Source: a virus. Taken from it: a stretch of DNA of 35,138 nt. Numbering within the stretch: position 1 is the stretch's first letter; the number at the start of each line of letters is the position of its first letter. The position numbers and the translations under genes are program-made. The stretch lies in IMG/VR virus record IMGVR_UViG_3300022538_000472, positions 1-35,138 of that record. The stretch is one strand, 5' to 3'. Positions 22,158-32,061 of the stretch are shown here, one piece after another. The notes under the pieces were generated by a model that was not told the origin of the DNA, searched no databases, and was given only the letters and a program-made list of their open reading frames with translations.

Positions 22158-23858
22158 CTAAAACCCCCTCGCTATAACCCCCGCAGCAATAGCATCTCGC
22201 TCCGCAACCTCCGCCCCCGTCAAGCTCTCAACATGCCTCGTCCCCATGCTACAGTCCACCACCAAGCCGGGCGCATACAAAAGTGGCAAAGTTGAAGTAG
22301 TCAAAGTACTGCTGCTGGTAGTGCTAACTGTGACAGTACTTGTAGTTGAAAGAGTCGTAGTCGAAACTGTAGCGGTGGTCGAAGCGCCGTAGTACTCATG
22401 CGCGCCTATGTCTGGCGCTGCTCCACAGAACGGATAGCCAAGGTCCACACCTTGGTCGATCGCTGGGCTTCCATTTTGCAGAGTAAAATCAGCAGCACCA
22501 GCATTGTTGAACAACGGATCGCTATTGATAACCGTGTTGGCTTCGTAGCCAGCATCGAGATAGTCCTGGAACGCCGTGTAACTGACACTGTTGATTCTGA
22601 TGCGCTGCTCATCATCGGCGAAGAGCAAGTTATAGTCGGCTACAAAAAAATTGGTGAGTGCATTGGCAGTAACGTGGTAGGCACGAGAGCGTGGTTGGTC
22701 AGTTACGTAGAAGATATTGTTCTTGACGTAGAGGAAAGGTGTCTGTGCCTCGTCGTAGTAGAAGTGGACATAGCCGTAACCGTCGCCGACCCACTCCGCA
22801 TCCCAAAGATTGCAGTTATAGCAGGTATTGTTATAGAAGTAGATTGGCCCATCGGCATCTGATGCGACGAAGAGGGCAGCCAGGCCGTGGTCGTAGATGT
22901 CATTGTGATGGATTTCGATGTTTTTGCAGTTGTCGCTTATGTAAATGGCGTTTTTGTTGTGCGTCGGGGGGTCGTCGGAGACCCATAAGCCGCTGTCGCG
23001 CAATATAGAATTCTTGATCTCCACGTCGTCCACGTAGATGTCCTGTGCGAAAGTACCCATACCAATGCTGTGAGAGGCCGTGTCGTGAATGAGGACATTA
23101 TCTACCGTGACGCCGTCGCACTGCTCGATTGCAATGCCAGAGTGCGAAGTCTTGCTGATCTCTGTGTTTTGAATAGTGATATCAACGCCAATGTTGGTGC
23201 CGGTGTCTCCGATTAGAATGCCCTCGCGGGCTCCATAGGTTGTAGACTCTGGCGACACTAGAGATCCGTTGACCATGATGTCGTGACAATAGCGGAGCCA
23301 CATCCCATGACCGTCAGCAGCGTCGTGAAGGTAAACATCGTTAAACTCCAGGTGGTGGCTGTTTCCAGTAATATAAATTTGAATGAAAGTGTAGTATCCA
23401 CCCGATTGAATCTTAATCCCATCGAGAGTAATGTAACTCACGCCGTCCATCGCGACAGAGCCAAACAACGGCCCGACAGTGTCTGTGCTGTTCTCCCAGA
23501 TCGCTAAGCGGCTACTGAACGCCTGGTGCGTGATGATATTGCCAGATGAACCGCTGTTCCACACCGTCTGGCCTGCGCCGATGTTGTAGGTGCCATTGCC
23601 GTAGATAACAGTATCGCCTCCTACTGCCGTTGTAGCTGCTTTATTGACCGTCGCCCAGGCATTGGTCCAGCTCAGACCGTCTAGGCTGTCGTTTCCAGCG
23701 ACTTTGACATAATACGTTGCCATTGTTTTTTGTCCTCCCCCCATTATGCTTGGTAGGAAGAGAGAATAGCCATATTCCCCCTGTCCCGATGCCGGAGCCA
23801 TCACATGACTGAAAACTGCAAGAGCAAGAAGTACTAGAAGCCAGCATCTACGGTTCAT
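22158..23858 (-). CDS. Right-handed parallel beta-helix (pectin-lyase-like) protein with C-terminal Thr/Ser linker; tailspike-like; alternative start at 23723
   Basis: TYYVK..GND...G.SW..AW.T...A; beta-helix repeats; DPLF...DFTLQ.GSPAID.G...PDIGA.E; internal GGAGG SD before MATYYV. Confidence 0.8.
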   Translation of the reverse strand: MNRRCWLLVLLALAVFSHVMAPASGQGEYGYSLFLPSIMGGGQKTMATYYVKVAGNDSLDGLSWTNAWATVNKAATTAVGGDTVIYGNGTYNIGAGQTVWNSGSSGNIITHQAFSSRLAIWENSTDTVGPLFGSVAMDGVSYITLDGIKIQSGGYYTFIQIYITGNSHHLEFNDVYLHDAADGHGMWLRYCHDIMVNGSLVSPESTTYGAREGILIGDTGTNIGVDITIQNTEISKTSHSGIAIEQCDGVTVDNVLIHDTASHSIGMGTFAQDIYVDDVEIKNSILRDSGLWVSDDPPTHNKNAIYISDNCKNIEIHHNDIYDHGLAALFVASDADGPIYFYNNTCYNCNLWDAEWVGDGYGYVHFYYDEAQTPFLYVKNNIFYVTDQPRSRAYHVTANALTNFFVADYNLLFADDEQRIRINSVSYTAFQDYLDAGYEANTVINSDPLFNNAGAADFTLQNGSPAIDQGVDLGYPFCGAAPDIGAHEYYGASTTATVSTTTLSTTSTVTVSTTSSSTLTTSTLPLLYAPGLVVDCSMGTRHVESLTGAEVAERDAIAAGVIARGF

Positions 23859-24439
23859 AATATTCCAAACAACTCAAATATGCATCTTGACATGAAGTTC
23901 GGTCCGACGCCAGGGAAGACCATAATATTAGTAATTGGCTCCAGAACTTCCCACAAGCCTCGGTTGAATGAGATTCGCAGGTCATCATCTGCGACAGGAA
24001 TGCCGATTCTGCCACCCTGGAGTAACACCATCCACTTCGTCCTGTCTGATCTCGCATAGCCTGGGAATCGAAGCAGAAACGGCGCATAGGTATCTGTTCT
24101 GCTATTGGACGCCTCGCACAATCCTGCTTGGAGCGACGTGCTTCCTTGATCACAGTCAGTGGAAATTGTATCAGTGCAATAGAGATCGGCCTGGACGTAG
24201 TTGTAGTCATTTCCACTGTCATCGTTGAACCTAACTCGTAGCACATCTTGCTCGGCGGCTCGGTCCGTCCTAATTTGTCCTGCTAACACCAGAGCGCGAA
24301 AGCCCTGGGGGATATTTTTGAACGTCACGAAGGAGTAAGTCTCGCCTGAGACCACCTGCTCGATTGGAATCCAGCAGTTGATGAAGTCCGCGCTGAGTAA
24401 GTCGACCAACTCGGCATTTCTGCGTTGTAGTTGTCCCAT
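23855..24439 (-). CDS. Minor tail/virion protein
   Basis: VTF.NIPQ...L....RTD...VRFN.D.G..Y...W....IT.I...F...FELFGI pattern of phage tail-associated domains. Start at ATG 24439, just after the upstream stop. Confidence 0.6.
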   Translation of the reverse strand: MGQLQRRNAELVDLLSADFINCWIPIEQVVSGETYSFVTFKNIPQGFRALVLAGQIRTDRAAEQDVLRVRFNDDSGNDYNYVQADLYCTDTISTDCDQGSTSLQAGLCEASNSRTDTYAPFLLRFPGYARSDRTKWMVLLQGGRIGIPVADDDLRISFNRGLWEVLEPITNIMVFPGVGPNFMSRCIFELFGIL

Positions 24440-24441
24440 CG

Positions 24442-26871
24442 CTACGTTCCTATCCCCGCCAAACCCATCTTGGCCAGTTTCTGTGGGATCGTGTCCAGCC
24501 GTCCTCCCTGTAGTTGCAGCGTATGGGGCAGTCTGAACGTGACTGATTCGATGAACATAAACCGTGGATCCTTGCGCCAATCATCCGAGAACGTCCGTCC
24601 TACCAGGAATGAAGGAAAGAACATCCAGCCGCCGGGCACAACGTTCCACGGCCAGACGTTGCCGCCTGTCTTTGATTCAATACGCCGTGCAGGATCCCCA
24701 GGGAAATATCTATAGGCAATCTCATCTTGATTGGTTGGCTGGTAGGTTACATATCTGTCAGCATAGACGCCAAAGGTATACCTTTTGTCAGCTTCATCCC
24801 CCAGCGCGACTAGCTCCTTGATCACATCCCACGCTGTGCGGCTCTTATTGTCGTAGGCCGGAACCTGCAGTGTATTTGGCATTAGACTGGAATTCGAGAC
24901 AGCAAAGAGGCTATTGGGATCAGCATCCAAGACCCGTCCTAATTTCACGTCCAGGTTGACCGTGCCTTCGACCCCGACTAGCGATATGAGATAGTTGAAC
25001 CAATGTACATAACCTAGACAGGAGACGGAGACATTGAGACCTCCACCAGAACCGAGTTTCTGAATCGTCTTAGGTTCTGAGTTCTCGACCATGTAAGAGT
25101 CTCTAGCTTGCTCAGCGTCCGTAAGAGTCATCCCGCCTGCGCTCAAGATTTGTTCTATGATACCATATTTACCCTGACTGTCCAGGTCGTTGACAGCGGC
25201 AGTCATGACACGGTTGCCTTGTACTGGTGGGTCGGTCTCTGTGTTGGTTCCGCTGTAGACTACGCGGACTCGATTGGCAACGTCCAGCAGCGGGCCACGT
25301 GTCGCGGTCAGGCCGCCAAGAGTTAGATCTACCTGATTGACGAATCCCTCCCAGATTTTGACCAGTGCATTATCGTACACCTCGATGTGCCGCCCCAGGC
25401 CATCGGTGAGCCAAGTTTCCATGTCCTCCTGTTTGTCCAGAATGGTGAACTTGGCAGACCAGTTGCCGCCGAATGCTTTGATAACGTGAGAGTAAGAGTT
25501 GACTTCTTGCTGTGGAGAAGTTATGTACGTCCCCCGTGGTTCATAAGTGCCAGTCGAGAAATCGGGCTTGAATACATTGAGGGTGAGACTGAGGGACTGC
25601 TCGTAGGTCGGCGTCGTGGGTGCAAGCACAGCGGGGACTGGGGGAAGGGTCGTCGTTGTCACCGTCACGGTGCTGGTCGTGCTGAGAGTTGAAGTTGAGG
25701 TTGTAGTCTCTGGGGGCAGAGTTGAAGTCGAGGTCGTAGTTTCTGGCGGGAGGGTCGTTGTCGAGGTGGTTGGCGCAAGCGTTGAGGTGCTGGTTGTGGG
25801 CGGCAGGGTCGAAGTGCTAGTGCTAGTGGTTGGCGCAAGCGTAGTTGTAGAAGTTGTAGGCGCAAGCGTTGAGGTTGAAGTTGAAGTTGTCGGAGCCAGC
25901 GTTGTAGTCGAGGTTGTGGGAGGAAGAGTTGAAGTGCTGGTCGTGGTTGGCGGCAGTGTGGACGTGCTTGTAGTCGTGGGCGGCAGAGTTGAGGTGCTCG
26001 TGGTTGTCGGCGGCAGAGTTGAGGTTGAGGTAGTCGTCGGCGGAAGCGTAGATGTTGAAGTCGTAGTCGGCGGCAGTGTAGAAGTTGAGGTTGTCGTTGG
26101 GGCAAGTGTTGTCGTGCTTGAAGTCGTGGGAGCCAGAGTTGATGTGCTGCTAGTCGTCGTGGGAGCCAGAGTAGTAGTCGAGGTCGTCGTTGTAGCGGCA
26201 GCAATGGCCTGCCCGATATGCTTTGCAGATGGATAAAGAACTGGCGGGTGAGACGCGATGCTCGGTGCATTGAACGCCGTCAGGTCATAGCCGCCGACCC
26301 TGTCCTGATCCTCGTCGCGGATTAGCGGCCAGTAGGCCACCAAGTTCTGCGGCCTGACGAACAGTGGCGAGTAGCCTTTCGCCAGGATGGCCACCTCGGC
26401 ATCGGTGAGGCCGACGTTCCAGATCGCCACTTCACCTGCGGCACCCGAAAAATAGTTACTTGGCGTAGAATCTCCACGCCGGCCGATAGCTATCCGGTCA
26501 GGCCCGACGGGAACCTGGACTTGTGCGTTAGTGCCTTTGTTGCCACCGTCTATGAACGCGGCGCGGCTATTGGAAGCATATTCGACACCGCAGATGTGAT
26601 GCCACGTGTTTTCCGAATATCCTGCAGTCGTGGTGGCTATTCTCCAACCGACATTCCTTGCCGCCCAGATTACTGACGCTCCCCCCCCCGTGAGCTGCAA
26701 CAACCATAGGTTGAGATCGTTGCTGTCCTTGTCCCCGAGGTAGACGACGGTCTGAGCGGCTGAGTCATCATCGCAGTAAACCCAGGCGGAGACGGTGAGA
26801 GGTGCAGCCGTGACGGGAGCTTCATCTCGCTCCAGGTATTCGCTTTGTGCATCGTCGAAGAGACGTGCCAA
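24442..26871 (-). CDS. Tail protein: N-terminal LamG/ConA-like domain, Thr/Ser/Pro-rich linker, C-terminal tail hub-like region
   Basis: LTVSAWV...WHHICGV...FIDG...EVAIWNV.LT..EV (LamG); ~190-aa T/S/P repeat; IWEGFVNQV typical of minor tail proteins; AAGGAG SD with TTG start. Confidence 0.75.
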   Translation of the reverse strand: MARLFDDAQSEYLERDEAPVTAAPLTVSAWVYCDDDSAAQTVVYLGDKDSNDLNLWLLQLTGGGASVIWAARNVGWRIATTTAGYSENTWHHICGVEYASNSRAAFIDGGNKGTNAQVQVPVGPDRIAIGRRGDSTPSNYFSGAAGEVAIWNVGLTDAEVAILAKGYSPLFVRPQNLVAYWPLIRDEDQDRVGGYDLTAFNAPSIASHPPVLYPSAKHIGQAIAAATTTTSTTTLAPTTTSSTSTLAPTTSSTTTLAPTTTSTSTLPPTTTSTSTLPPTTTSTSTLPPTTTSTSTLPPTTTSTSTLPPTTTSTSTLPPTTSTTTLAPTTSTSTSTLAPTTSTTTLAPTTSTSTSTLPPTTSTSTLAPTTSTTTLPPETTTSTSTLPPETTTSTSTLSTTSTVTVTTTTLPPVPAVLAPTTPTYEQSLSLTLNVFKPDFSTGTYEPRGTYITSPQQEVNSYSHVIKAFGGNWSAKFTILDKQEDMETWLTDGLGRHIEVYDNALVKIWEGFVNQVDLTLGGLTATRGPLLDVANRVRVVYSGTNTETDPPVQGNRVMTAAVNDLDSQGKYGIIEQILSAGGMTLTDAEQARDSYMVENSEPKTIQKLGSGGGLNVSVSCLGYVHWFNYLISLVGVEGTVNLDVKLGRVLDADPNSLFAVSNSSLMPNTLQVPAYDNKSRTAWDVIKELVALGDEADKRYTFGVYADRYVTYQPTNQDEIAYRYFPGDPARRIESKTGGNVWPWNVVPGGWMFFPSFLVGRTFSDDWRKDPRFMFIESVTFRLPHTLQLQGGRLDTIPQKLAKMGLAGIGT
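25650..26200 (-). repeat. Coding tandem repeat of ~10 aa (PPTTTSTSTL / APTTSTTTL), about 15 copies
   Basis: Visible in the translation; synonymous codons differ between copies. Confidence 0.9.
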
Positions 26872-26908
26872 CTAAGTCTCCTTGATCTCAAATATAGGCT
26901 AGACTGAA

Positions 26909-27406
26909 TCACGTCTCACGCAATTCACAAAAAACTAGCTCTCCATCTCCTGGCGCATCATCGCTGGCAGCATCCCGTGTAATCTTGAGCCGAAAGCCCT
27001 CGCCGACTGCAATCGAGTCCATCTGTGCACCGTTAGTGAACGCAATGCTCACAATGTCCACCAGGCCACTTGTGCCTGGCACTGTCGTATTGTCCACGCT
27101 CTGCACGGCCGCAAAGCCGTCGGCATCCAAGTCTTGCTGCTGGTCGCCGATGCGTTCGAAGGCCGCATCCCAGTCTATGGTGTCGGCCTCGGCGGATGAC
27201 ATTGCATAGTGGATGTATACTGTGACGCCACCGCCAGCATAGTGACGTGGCATGACGGCGGAGAAGATGGCAGACTCGTTCGTCGTAGCGTCGAAATCCA
27301 ACAGCGGATGAGGAGAGACTCCCCGCGTATCCAGTGTTGCAGGGTTGGATGCGGGCGGCTCGTTGTGAAGCGGAGTTAGGATGAGCAGCGTTTCCCCTGA
27401 AGCCAT
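26909..27406 (-). CDS. Acidic virion-associated hypothetical protein
   Basis: AAGGAGG SD; beta-rich acidic sequence within the tail operon. Confidence 0.6.
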   Translation of the reverse strand: MASGETLLILTPLHNEPPASNPATLDTRGVSPHPLLDFDATTNESAIFSAVMPRHYAGGGVTVYIHYAMSSAEADTIDWDAAFERIGDQQQDLDADGFAAVQSVDNTTVPGTSGLVDIVSIAFTNGAQMDSIAVGEGFRLKITRDAASDDAPGDGELVFCELRET

Positions 27407-27669
27407 TACAGCACCTCCTTGCGCTTGCGCAAAACATCGAGCATCAGTCCACGGCCCAGCGCCGGATTAGCGATAAGCCACGTCTTGCCGTCGCCGGCCG
27501 GAAGCGCCTGGACGGTGCTAATTTCAGCACCTTCGAGTTGTTGGTCAATCAGCACCAGAAGCGCGCGCAGTTGCGTCTTGTTGATCGGAATGAGTGTCCA
27601 TAATGAACTGAACTCACTCATGATGCTAGACCAGACCTGGTCTATACTGTCACTTGGCAGTTGTGCCAT
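27406..27669 (-). CDS. Hypothetical protein
   Basis: AGGAGG SD; stop/start overlap with the next gene. Confidence 0.65.
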   Translation of the reverse strand: MAQLPSDSIDQVWSSIMSEFSSLWTLIPINKTQLRALLVLIDQQLEGAEISTVQALPAGDGKTWLIANPALGRGLMLDVLRKRKEVL

Positions 27670-27701
27670 TTCATACCTCCTGATTACACACTAATTACAA
27701 C

Positions 27702-30700
27702 TTAACGATCCCCTCTCATGGACAAATATCTCTGCACGGCTTCTACTGAGAACCAGGTCAGTATCTCTGGCCTGCTTATGATAGTGTCCAGGTCCGTATC
27801 AATCAGTGACGCCAGTACCCATAGTCTCTGGTCAGCATTGGCTTGCAGGATTACAGGCCCGTTTGCTCGCTTGTCCCAGTGTCCCACTATGCGGTCACTA
27901 TTCCTACTCCAAAGGCTGGCGCGAAGTTGCTGCTTGGGATGCCTGACGCTCTCGAATTCCAAGAGCCGTCCAGGGCTCAGTCGGTTGGTAGAATTTACAC
28001 CTTGCTCCAAGTCAACGAATCTCCCAGCCCACTCGTCTATCGGAATCAGAATGAAGTCATAGAACACTACATCAGCCACTCCACTAACATCTACCACGAT
28101 TTTGTTCTCGTTGTACTCTTCGCCAGAGTCTAGGAGAGATGGTGGTGACAGTTCCAATCTACCGAGGTCAACTAACTCAAACTTCGCGTAGGGTGTGAAG
28201 TAGAGACCTGTCAATCTCTGCTGGACAACTTTGCCCGATCCCTGCTCAAACGAGACGTTGAACGTGGTGTCTTCCTTCGTTCCTGCGCCAGCGCGATAAC
28301 CACGCATATAGACGTGGTAAACTCCATAATACTGGGATGCTACGGAAGGCCCGAGTCTGATCTCAAACTTACCATCTGCACCCCCAGCGTACTGTATTGC
28401 ATATCTAGCAGGTGCTTCAGCCCAGGCGGCGATGGAGCAATTGCCAGAGGCTACTACAGTGATACCATCTGGGTTCTGATGACCACCACAGTTTAGGTAG
28501 GCACTGAAGTCTGCACCACGGGACAATGACCGGAGGCCAACAATCACGTCGTCGGCTTCCAGGCCAGCGGAGACCATTTCGTAGCGTGCCAGGGCCACGA
28601 TGTCACCGCCAATTTGTGCGCTGTCTATTTCCAAATAAGGCCACGTGACTGTGTACACATCGCGGTTCTGTTGACGCGGTGGCGTGGGAGCCACTCCCAC
28701 GCTAGTGACTTCTGCTTGTACCCAGGCACCAGTGATTCCATTGACCATAGTAGTTTTGAAATCATCGTCGAGTTCCCAGACTACCGAGTTAATACCCGTC
28801 TTGCCAAATGGTACATTGAACCAACTTTCTGTATTGTCTTTGGAGATCGTAATCGGCTCCCAGGAATCGCCATCCCAGAACTTCCATACTATTCCCGTTA
28901 TATTGGACTGTGCATTTTCCAAGTCGAAAACCAACGAAGAGAAATAACCCCAGTCTGGAGGAGTGTTCTGTATTCCGAAGTAGACCATATCCCCAACCGC
29001 TGGCACGGCAGGCAACAAGTCAAAAGGTACAGTACCAACCAGGTTCCCACTATAGCCAGCGGGGGCAGCATCGTAACGGAAGATATGCGTAATATTTGCT
29101 TTATTGTACTTATTACCTACATAGACGTGATCTGCAACTGGCTGGAGTGCCTGAGACAAATCTACATTGCCATAGCAGCGTTCACAGTCAACGTCAAAGA
29201 GGCAGTTTGTCTGAGCACCATCCCGTGCTGCTGTGCCCTCCTGATTATCTATAGTTGCGCCGGAATCCTCCAACCCAATCCACTGGCCGACAGTATTGGC
29301 ATCTATGATGGGCAATTTGCACCGTTCTAGTGGCGTAAAGGTGGCTGTATAGCGAACGATGTCAGAAACACGCACCCAGCCAATGCCACCATCGAAGGCG
29401 CGTCCTCCTGCATCACGATTCCCAATGTACAGAAAATATGCAGCATCCGAAAGAACAGCACCGTTTCTGTTAATGGTGGAGGAGTAACCTGGCTCGACTC
29501 CGTCTATCCACAACCGAGGATAGTTATAAGTAGCATCATCCCACGTCATTGCTACGTGGTGCCATTCCCCATCCGGGATAAAGTCATCGATTTCGCACCT
29601 CGACACCCCGGCTGCAGTAACACAGGAAATCCAGGCTTCAAGCCCAAACCCTGATTCGAGACGAAAATACCAATGACCTTTGTCCACAAGCATTGCCTGA
29701 TCATTTCCGCCCCAGCCATCAGCCCTAATCCATGCCTCGACAGTCATAGCTGCATCGGGGAGTTCATTGAGACCGGCAGAATTCCCACAGTTTACTCTGC
29801 TAGAGACACCATTGAATTCCAGATGATAGGGCCACTCATAACATTCCCTCGCCGACGCCAGCACTGATACACTACACTCTGGCGGTAGGCTCTGCCAGTG
29901 ACCGCGTTCCAATATCAGGCTTAGGTTACGTGCTGCTGTCCTGCCATAGTGCCGCTCCATGAACGGCTGTGAATAGGGATTAGGGTCTCGCAGTATCTTG
30001 CCCCGGTGCAAGATAGCATAGCGTGCATTGGTCTCGCAACTTGCCCGCGCCTCGATCCAGACAGGTTCATTCTGCCAATCGGCCCACCAGTAATTGGATG
30101 CCTTCTCCATTAGCCGCCGCAGGTCTTGACTCTCACGAATCAACGTCTCCAAGTTGTGGCCGCTCATAGAGAGCGTCATGGTCTCGGCGACATTGCCGAA
30201 TCTGCGCTGGGCGAGGCGTCTACCTTCGGCAATCGGTGAATCCTGCCAGATACCGCCACGCTTGTAATCCGCGATTCGTGGCGTCCAGTCACAGAGTCTA
30301 TAGCCGGATTGCTTCTTGCGTTTGAGGAGATTGACGATAGTATCGCGGTCACGAATGCGCAGAATGGGGCCAGTTCCAATTATCTCTGGTGCACAGAGAA
30401 GCGTCGTAGTTGTCAGCGTCGTGCTGAGGGTTGAGGTTGAGGTTGTGGAAAATGTCGAGGTCGAAGTCGTGGAAAGCGTTGAGGTTGTAGTTACGGAGGT
30501 TGTGGAAGTTGTCGTCGTGCTCGCATACGATGAGCCAACTTTCCAGGCAGCCCAATAGTAGGAATTATCTGGAAAGTTTACGTCGCTGTTTGTTCCAACC
30601 TGAAAAACATTTGCGGCAAATGCTTGGACTCTGTCTGGAGTTAGAGCAACAGGGTTAAACCGCCCCGACTGACCCAGGGGCATCGTATCAATACGCAGTA

Positions 30701-31394
30701 CACCACATCCATAATATTCCTCTTTCACGAACACTAAATCAGGTTCAAAACCAACGTTAATATTCCGATCGTCAATACCATTGCCAATATATACACCAAT
30801 TTCGACAAATCCTGCTACATCACGGAATGCAACGTAGTAATGCTTGATACCATCACTATTGACCCTCGGACTGCTTCCAACTTGAAAACCCAGTGGTCGA
30901 AATGACTGTATCCCGTTGCTTGAGACCGGAACACACCCAAAGTATATCGTTCTGTCACCCGCAATCTCACCCGTCCGCCAGCTTCCTGCATAACTTTGAT
31001 CCCCTTTGATCCACAGAATAGATGGTTGAAAGCCGACAATATCCAGATTGCGATCATCGAGTCCGTTGCCAGTGTAACTTCCAACGTCCATATCGCCCGC
31101 ACCATTGTCATAGAAAGCGGCCCAGTAGTAATTGACGCCATTTGCATTGACGGTGGAATGAGTGTTAATTTGAAAACCGTTCACAATAAATGCTGTTATA
31201 GCATTTGAAAAGAGTGATGCGGCAAGAGCAAACGCTGCCGTCTGAAACGCTGGCATAGCCGATGTGCGGAAGACGGCAGCTTGAGAGTCGTCTGCTTTGA
31301 TGATGACGACGTCAGGCGTGAAGAGAGGCTCCGTTGCCCAGGTTATGCCGTGCGGTATTCCAGTGCCGACGTATGAGCCTGTTTTACATTGCAT
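27702..31394 (-). CDS. Large tail protein: three G(S/V)Y.G.G repeats, Thr/Ser linker, distal-tail-like core with inserted LamG domain
   Basis: Three GSYVGTG/GSYTGNG/GVYIGNG...F.P...(I/V)K...YYWAA repeats; T/S run at 30400-30525; MTVEAWIR...WHHVAMTWD...WIDG...VRVSDIVRY (LamG); position downstream of the tape measure gene. Confidence 0.75.
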   Translation of the reverse strand: MQCKTGSYVGTGIPHGITWATEPLFTPDVVIIKADDSQAAVFRTSAMPAFQTAAFALAASLFSNAITAFIVNGFQINTHSTVNANGVNYYWAAFYDNGAGDMDVGSYTGNGLDDRNLDIVGFQPSILWIKGDQSYAGSWRTGEIAGDRTIYFGCVPVSSNGIQSFRPLGFQVGSSPRVNSDGIKHYYVAFRDVAGFVEIGVYIGNGIDDRNINVGFEPDLVFVKEEYYGCGVLRIDTMPLGQSGRFNPVALTPDRVQAFAANVFQVGTNSDVNFPDNSYYWAAWKVGSSYASTTTTSTTSVTTTSTLSTTSTSTFSTTSTSTLSTTLTTTTLLCAPEIIGTGPILRIRDRDTIVNLLKRKKQSGYRLCDWTPRIADYKRGGIWQDSPIAEGRRLAQRRFGNVAETMTLSMSGHNLETLIRESQDLRRLMEKASNYWWADWQNEPVWIEARASCETNARYAILHRGKILRDPNPYSQPFMERHYGRTAARNLSLILERGHWQSLPPECSVSVLASARECYEWPYHLEFNGVSSRVNCGNSAGLNELPDAAMTVEAWIRADGWGGNDQAMLVDKGHWYFRLESGFGLEAWISCVTAAGVSRCEIDDFIPDGEWHHVAMTWDDATYNYPRLWIDGVEPGYSSTINRNGAVLSDAAYFLYIGNRDAGGRAFDGGIGWVRVSDIVRYTATFTPLERCKLPIIDANTVGQWIGLEDSGATIDNQEGTAARDGAQTNCLFDVDCERCYGNVDLSQALQPVADHVYVGNKYNKANITHIFRYDAAPAGYSGNLVGTVPFDLLPAVPAVGDMVYFGIQNTPPDWGYFSSLVFDLENAQSNITGIVWKFWDGDSWEPITISKDNTESWFNVPFGKTGINSVVWELDDDFKTTMVNGITGAWVQAEVTSVGVAPTPPRQQNRDVYTVTWPYLEIDSAQIGGDIVALARYEMVSAGLEADDVIVGLRSLSRGADFSAYLNCGGHQNPDGITVVASGNCSIAAWAEAPARYAIQYAGGADGKFEIRLGPSVASQYYGVYHVYMRGYRAGAGTKEDTTFNVSFEQGSGKVVQQRLTGLYFTPYAKFELVDLGRLELSPPSLLDSGEEYNENKIVVDVSGVADVVFYDFILIPIDEWAGRFVDLEQGVNSTNRLSPGRLLEFESVRHPKQQLRASLWSRNSDRIVGHWDKRANGPVILQANADQRLWVLASLIDTDLDTIISRPEILTWFSVEAVQRYLSMRGDR

Positions 31395-31395
31395 G

Positions 31396-32061
31396 TTACT
31401 TTATACTCCACTGTTCCTCGAATCGCGCTTTATTCCTGAAGAAGATTTCCTTCTGGTGAGGCATTTTACCCCAGGTAGCATTGCCGATATGATTGCACCA
31501 ACCAGTCTTGACCAGATCGTAGCCTGCCTTCTTTACAGCGCACCAGAATGCCTTATCTTCGTAGAAACCTATCCCATATCCCTCATCTAAATACCCCACC
31601 ACATCCAGCACGTCCCGCCGCGTCATCCACAGCGCGCCGAACATGTGACCCCAGGGGACAACTTGTCGTCCCACTTTATGCTGCGTATCGTGTGCGTGAA
31701 GATGCGAACTAATAACCCCAGTGCCGTCCTGCCAGGCTTCTATAGCATTCGCTGCCCAGTCGTGGATGAACTCTATGTCGTTATTTGACACGATGAGCCA
31801 ATCACCGCGCGCCACCTTGAGCCCCTGGTTGACCGCTGGCCCGAAGCCAAGATTGTGTGGATTGCGGATGTACACGTCGGCCACGCTGCGCAGATAGTCG
31901 CCGCCGACGGGGGAGCCATTGTCTACCATGATCAGTTCAAAACTGGCGCTGGTATGCCGCCGGATTGAGTCCACGCAATTCGTAACGAAGCGCAGGAGTT
32001 CGGCATTCTTGTCGGGGAGCAATAGATTGGGGATTATGATGCTCACATTTGCTCTGTTCAT
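31396..32061 (-). CDS. Glycosyltransferase family 2
   Basis: SIIIP, VDNGS, NLGFGPAVNQG, NNDI, GYLDE...YED. Start at ATG 32061 overlapping the upstream stop. Confidence 0.9.
   Translation of the reverse strand: MNRANVSIIIPNLLLPDKNAELLRFVTNCVDSIRRHTSASFELIMVDNGSPVGGDYLRSVADVYIRNPHNLGFGPAVNQGLKVARGDWLIVSNNDIEFIHDWAANAIEAWQDGTGVISSHLHAHDTQHKVGRQVVPWGHMFGALWMTRRDVLDVVGYLDEGYGIGFYEDKAFWCAVKKAGYDLVKTGWCNHIGNATWGKMPHQKEIFFRNKARFEEQWSIK

Larger units (their letters stand above)
21101..22161 (+). pseudogene. DNA methyltransferase remnants (21101-21148 and 22003-22161) flanking an antisense HNH cassette
   Basis: MSNWQIECKDVMKSY* resembles an MTase N-terminus; MTKEYCTIGEARLEFW...QLKLSL* resembles the MTase C-terminal EY..IA..RL helix. 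Confidence 0.55.

Noticed and set aside
22140-22200. Bidirectional terminator at the convergence of the two arms
   Set aside because: The stop codons overlap (22158-22161) and I found no convincing hairpin plus U-tract.
25616-26270. Val-rich + strand ORF 25616-26236, alternative-frame ORF 25665-26270, and ORF 30316-30558
   Set aside because: Shadow frames of the Thr/Ser-rich coding repeats.
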